A DNA stretch of 64,000 bases, taken from Planctomycetales bacterium. Its GTDB lineage: Bacteria; 4484-113. The notes below the pieces were generated by a model. That model searched no databases, had not been told where the DNA came from, and saw only the letters and a program-made list of their open reading frames with translations. Position numbers and translations under genes: made by a program. The stretch spans positions 1 to 64,000 of the forward strand of contig JBBIRS010000004.1 of the NCBI GenBank assembly GCA_037441675.1, given 5' to 3'. This document shows positions 61,129 through 64,000 of this stretch, in pieces. Position 1 is the stretch's first letter, and each line of letters begins with the position of its first letter.

Positions 61129-61986
61129 TCATTGAGTTGATTTCTCAGCTGCTTCTTTTGCAGAGGCACGGATTGCCTCCTTCTCGTCGGCAAATACGTC
61201 CTTGTAGGTGCCAAGGGGGAATTCCTTAACCATTTCAGTGCCAACCCAAGCCACTGCATCCTGTGGTGTCATCTTCCAGCCTACGTTGCAGTTAGATAGA
61301 ATTTCCACCAACCCAAAACCCTTGTCTTCCAATTGAGCTCGGAAAGCTTTACGAATTGCCGCCTTAGTCTTTAGAATGTTCTTGCTATCATGACAGCTAG
61401 TTCTTGCGCAAAATGCTACACCGCTCAAAGGTGCAATCATTTCGCAAACTTTAATGGGCCAGCCTATTCTTTCAGGGATTCTTCCCTCAGGAGTGGTAGT
61501 AGTGACCTGCCCCAAAAGCGTGGTCGGAGCCATCTGCCCTCCGGTCATTCCATAAATAGCATTATTTATAAAGATGACCGTTAAGCGTTCGCCACGATTT
61601 GCTGCGTGAATTGTTTCTGCTGTTCCAATTGCAGCAAGATCCCCATCTCCCTGATATGAAATTAGAACCGCATTGGGGTGAATTCGCTTGATACCAGTTC
61701 CCACTGCTAAAGCTCTACCATGAGCGCAGGATATGAAATCAAAATCAAAAAACTCATAGGAGAAAACACTGCAACCCACGCTAGCAAGCCCTATGCATCG
61801 GTTCTTTATTCCTAACTCATCAATTACCTCCGCGATAAGACGATGAACAGTTCCGTGATTACAGCCTGGACAATAGGTGAAGCGTTTTTCCGAAAGAGCC
61901 TTTGGACGGTCAAATACTAGTTCGTGGTCGTTTGTCCCGATAGAAAAAATTGTTTTCTTTTCCGTTGATGTTTCCAAATTATTCAC
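61129..61986 (-). CDS. 2-oxoacid:ferredoxin oxidoreductase beta (TPP-binding) subunit
   Basis: YCPGC, VGC, HGRA, GDGD and NNAIYGMTGGQ motifs. Confidence 0.94.
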   Translation of the reverse strand: MNNLETSTEKKTIFSIGTNDHELVFDRPKALSEKRFTYCPGCNHGTVHRLIAEVIDELGIKNRCIGLASVGCSVFSYEFFDFDFISCAHGRALAVGTGIKRIHPNAVLISYQGDGDLAAIGTAETIHAANRGERLTVIFINNAIYGMTGGQMAPTTLLGQVTTTTPEGRIPERIGWPIKVCEMIAPLSGVAFCARTSCHDSKNILKTKAAIRKAFRAQLEDKGFGLVEILSNCNVGWKMTPQDAVAWVGTEMVKEFPLGTYKDVFADEKEAIRASAKEAAEKSTQ

Positions 61987-62027
61987 CTCATGATCTCAAT
62001 TCGTAACTTCATCACTCAATTCCTTCT

Positions 62028-63185
62028 TCACTCAATTCTTGGATCAATCCTAAAAAGAGTGTCAGGACAGTTTGGGTTAGCAAATATCTTATAGATGGGT
62101 TCAAGCATATCTTCAGGTGTAAAAGTAAGTCCGCCGTGTTTAGAAATGAAGTGAACAGGCTTTCTATCTCCTACCGCAAGAATCACATCTTCAACCATTT
62201 GACCCCAATTCATCTCAGCCACCAGAATCGCTTTAACATTATCCCTTTGAGAAATCTCGCGAATTTCTTTATAGGGAAAAGGCCAAACGGTAATAGGTCG
62301 AAATAGCCCTACTTTCAATCCATCCGCCCGTGCCAGCTTAACCGCACTTCTTGCCACCCTACTTGGACTCCCAATAGATATAATTATCAACTCGGCGTCT
62401 TCCGTAATATATTCCGAATAACGTACTTCCTCGCTCTTCAACCGCTCATACTTTTTTATTAGGCGCTCATGAATGGGTGCCATATCCTCACCAAGAAGAT
62501 AAATCGTGGAAATCAAGTGGCGATCTCTACCCTCTTGATATGGATTTAAGCACCATTCGCTTTTATCTGGAGGCTCAATAATAGGCATTTCAGAAAAATC
62601 CACTGGTTCCATCATTTGACCGATAGTGCCATCAGTAAGAATGAGGGCAGGATTTCTCCATTTGTCCGAGAGGTCAAATGCAAGGTAAGTGAATAAAGCC
62701 ATTTCGTGAACCGAATTGGGAGCAAGTGTGATTGTGCGGTAATCACCATGTCCACCACCTCTAGTTCCCTGAAAATAATCACCCTGATGGGGAGCAATAT
62801 TGCCAAGACCTGGACCACAACGAACAACGTTAATAATGACACACGGAAGCTCGCTCATCGCAATATAGCTAATCCCCTCTTGCTTTAGAGAAATTCCCGG
62901 AGAAGAAGATGAAGTCATCGCACGGGCGCCAGCAGCAGATGCGCCCATAACCATATTAATTGCTACAACCTCACTCTCAGACTGAATGAATACTCCGCCC
63001 CACTTCCATATGTTCGCGCTCATATACTCTGGAATTTCATTCTGGGGAGTTATTGGATAACCTGCAAAGAATTTGCATCCCGCACGAAGTGCGCCCTCGC
63101 AGGCAGCTTCATTCCCCTTCATGAAAATCCTTTCCGACTTTTCACCTTTTCCCAAATTAATCCTCTCTGTCGTTAGTATAGCCAA
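62028..63185 (-). CDS. vorB: 2-oxoacid:ferredoxin oxidoreductase alpha subunit (VorB-type)
   Basis: YPITPQ, ESEV, SSSPGISLK, GPGLG and GGGHGDY motifs. Confidence 0.9.
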   Translation of the reverse strand: MAILTTERINLGKGEKSERIFMKGNEAACEGALRAGCKFFAGYPITPQNEIPEYMSANIWKWGGVFIQSESEVVAINMVMGASAAGARAMTSSSSPGISLKQEGISYIAMSELPCVIINVVRCGPGLGNIAPHQGDYFQGTRGGGHGDYRTITLAPNSVHEMALFTYLAFDLSDKWRNPALILTDGTIGQMMEPVDFSEMPIIEPPDKSEWCLNPYQEGRDRHLISTIYLLGEDMAPIHERLIKKYERLKSEEVRYSEYITEDAELIIISIGSPSRVARSAVKLARADGLKVGLFRPITVWPFPYKEIREISQRDNVKAILVAEMNWGQMVEDVILAVGDRKPVHFISKHGGLTFTPEDMLEPIYKIFANPNCPDTLFRIDPRIE

Positions 63186-63197
63186 TAAAAAACCTCC

Positions 63198-63506
63198 TTA
63201 ATCCATACTCTTAGGATTTGGTGCGCTAACTCCAGCAACCTTCACATCTCTCTCCTCATTCTCCTTTACCAAACCTGCTGACTTACTTTTCCTTGCATCT
63301 CGGTAAACCCGAATCGCCACATCTGGGCAAACTATCGCACATAGCATGCAAGCATTGCATTTTCCATCAGGATCTAGAAACTCTACCGGATAAAGACCTT
63401 GCTTGTTCACTTTAGAATTAGTTGAGTGTATAAGGCTGAACTTACAGGTAGGAATGCACAAGTGGCATCCCTTGCACTCATCCTCAAGAATTACTATGTA
63501 ACTCAT
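63198..63506 (-). CDS. 2[4Fe-4S] ferredoxin delta subunit
   Basis: CKGCHLC...C and CNACMLC...CP; GGAGG before ATG 63506. Confidence 0.9.
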   Translation of the reverse strand: MSYIVILEDECKGCHLCIPTCKFSLIHSTNSKVNKQGLYPVEFLDPDGKCNACMLCAIVCPDVAIRVYRDARKSKSAGLVKENEERDVKVAGVSAPNPKSMD

Positions 63507-64000
63507 AAATATTGCCTCCGATACCACCTTGACTCTAACGTGCTACTCAATCAACAGAAGAATTCTACTATAGAGAACAAATTACACTTAATACTTCGCA
63601 TGTAATTTAATGCAAAACCTGGAAGACACTATTCTTCTCTAATTTTAATATCATAGCATCATAAGAAATATTTCACAATATTTTTACTTTACTTTGTTGA
63701 AATGCATCTTCCTAAAAACATTCATCATTAGTATAATAATCAGTGTAATAGTGTTACCCATAGCTATCGTTCAGCCTTAAGTTATAGTTGAAGCAGAAGA
63801 GTAAAAAGTCCTAAATTCACTTGGGTCCTAAAGAAGTCAAATTAAATTCGAGGGAGAAAGGAACTTAAACTAAATAAAAATCTTTAGATGAAGTGTTAGT
63901 CATTTGATATACTCTGCATTGAAGTGTATATCAGAAAGGACAGAAGAAGAACGGATGAAATGCGGGAAATTAAATTTGAGCCCAATTTTCATCGCCCTCA

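Noticed and set aside
63954..64000. Start of a plus-strand gene at the window edge
   Set aside because: Too short to support a call

Overview
Chromosomal segment of a probably diderm bacterium (it has a TonB-dependent receptor and many lipoproteins); the lineage cannot be identified from the sequence alone. It contains dnaA with a candidate oriC and intact housekeeping genes (panBC, trmD, mtnP, hemW, tldD/pmbA, gltX, pyrC, carA, ALDH7, and a four-subunit 2-oxoacid:ferredoxin oxidoreductase). It also holds a cobalamin-riboswitch-controlled btuDFCB plus beta-propeller lipoprotein operon, a DUF1800/DUF1501 pair, an uncharacterised four-gene membrane operon (DUF6754-like), a 1403-aa modular surface lipoprotein, and dispersed GTAG-type REP-like palindromes. 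Several accessory islands are decaying through stops or frameshifts: a tetraheme cytochrome operon, an R-M pair, a CsoR-associated mer-like operon and a transglutaminase remnant. The best leads are (1) an unannotated leader ORF ending GGIRVPP inside a hairpin that hides the btuD ribosome-binding region, downstream of the B12 riboswitch (possible riboswitch plus arrest-peptide tandem control); (2) the intact four-gene membrane complex; and (3) a merA with UGA exactly at the first catalytic Cys, under an apparent CsoR operator. Family assignments come from motif recognition by eye; no searches were run.
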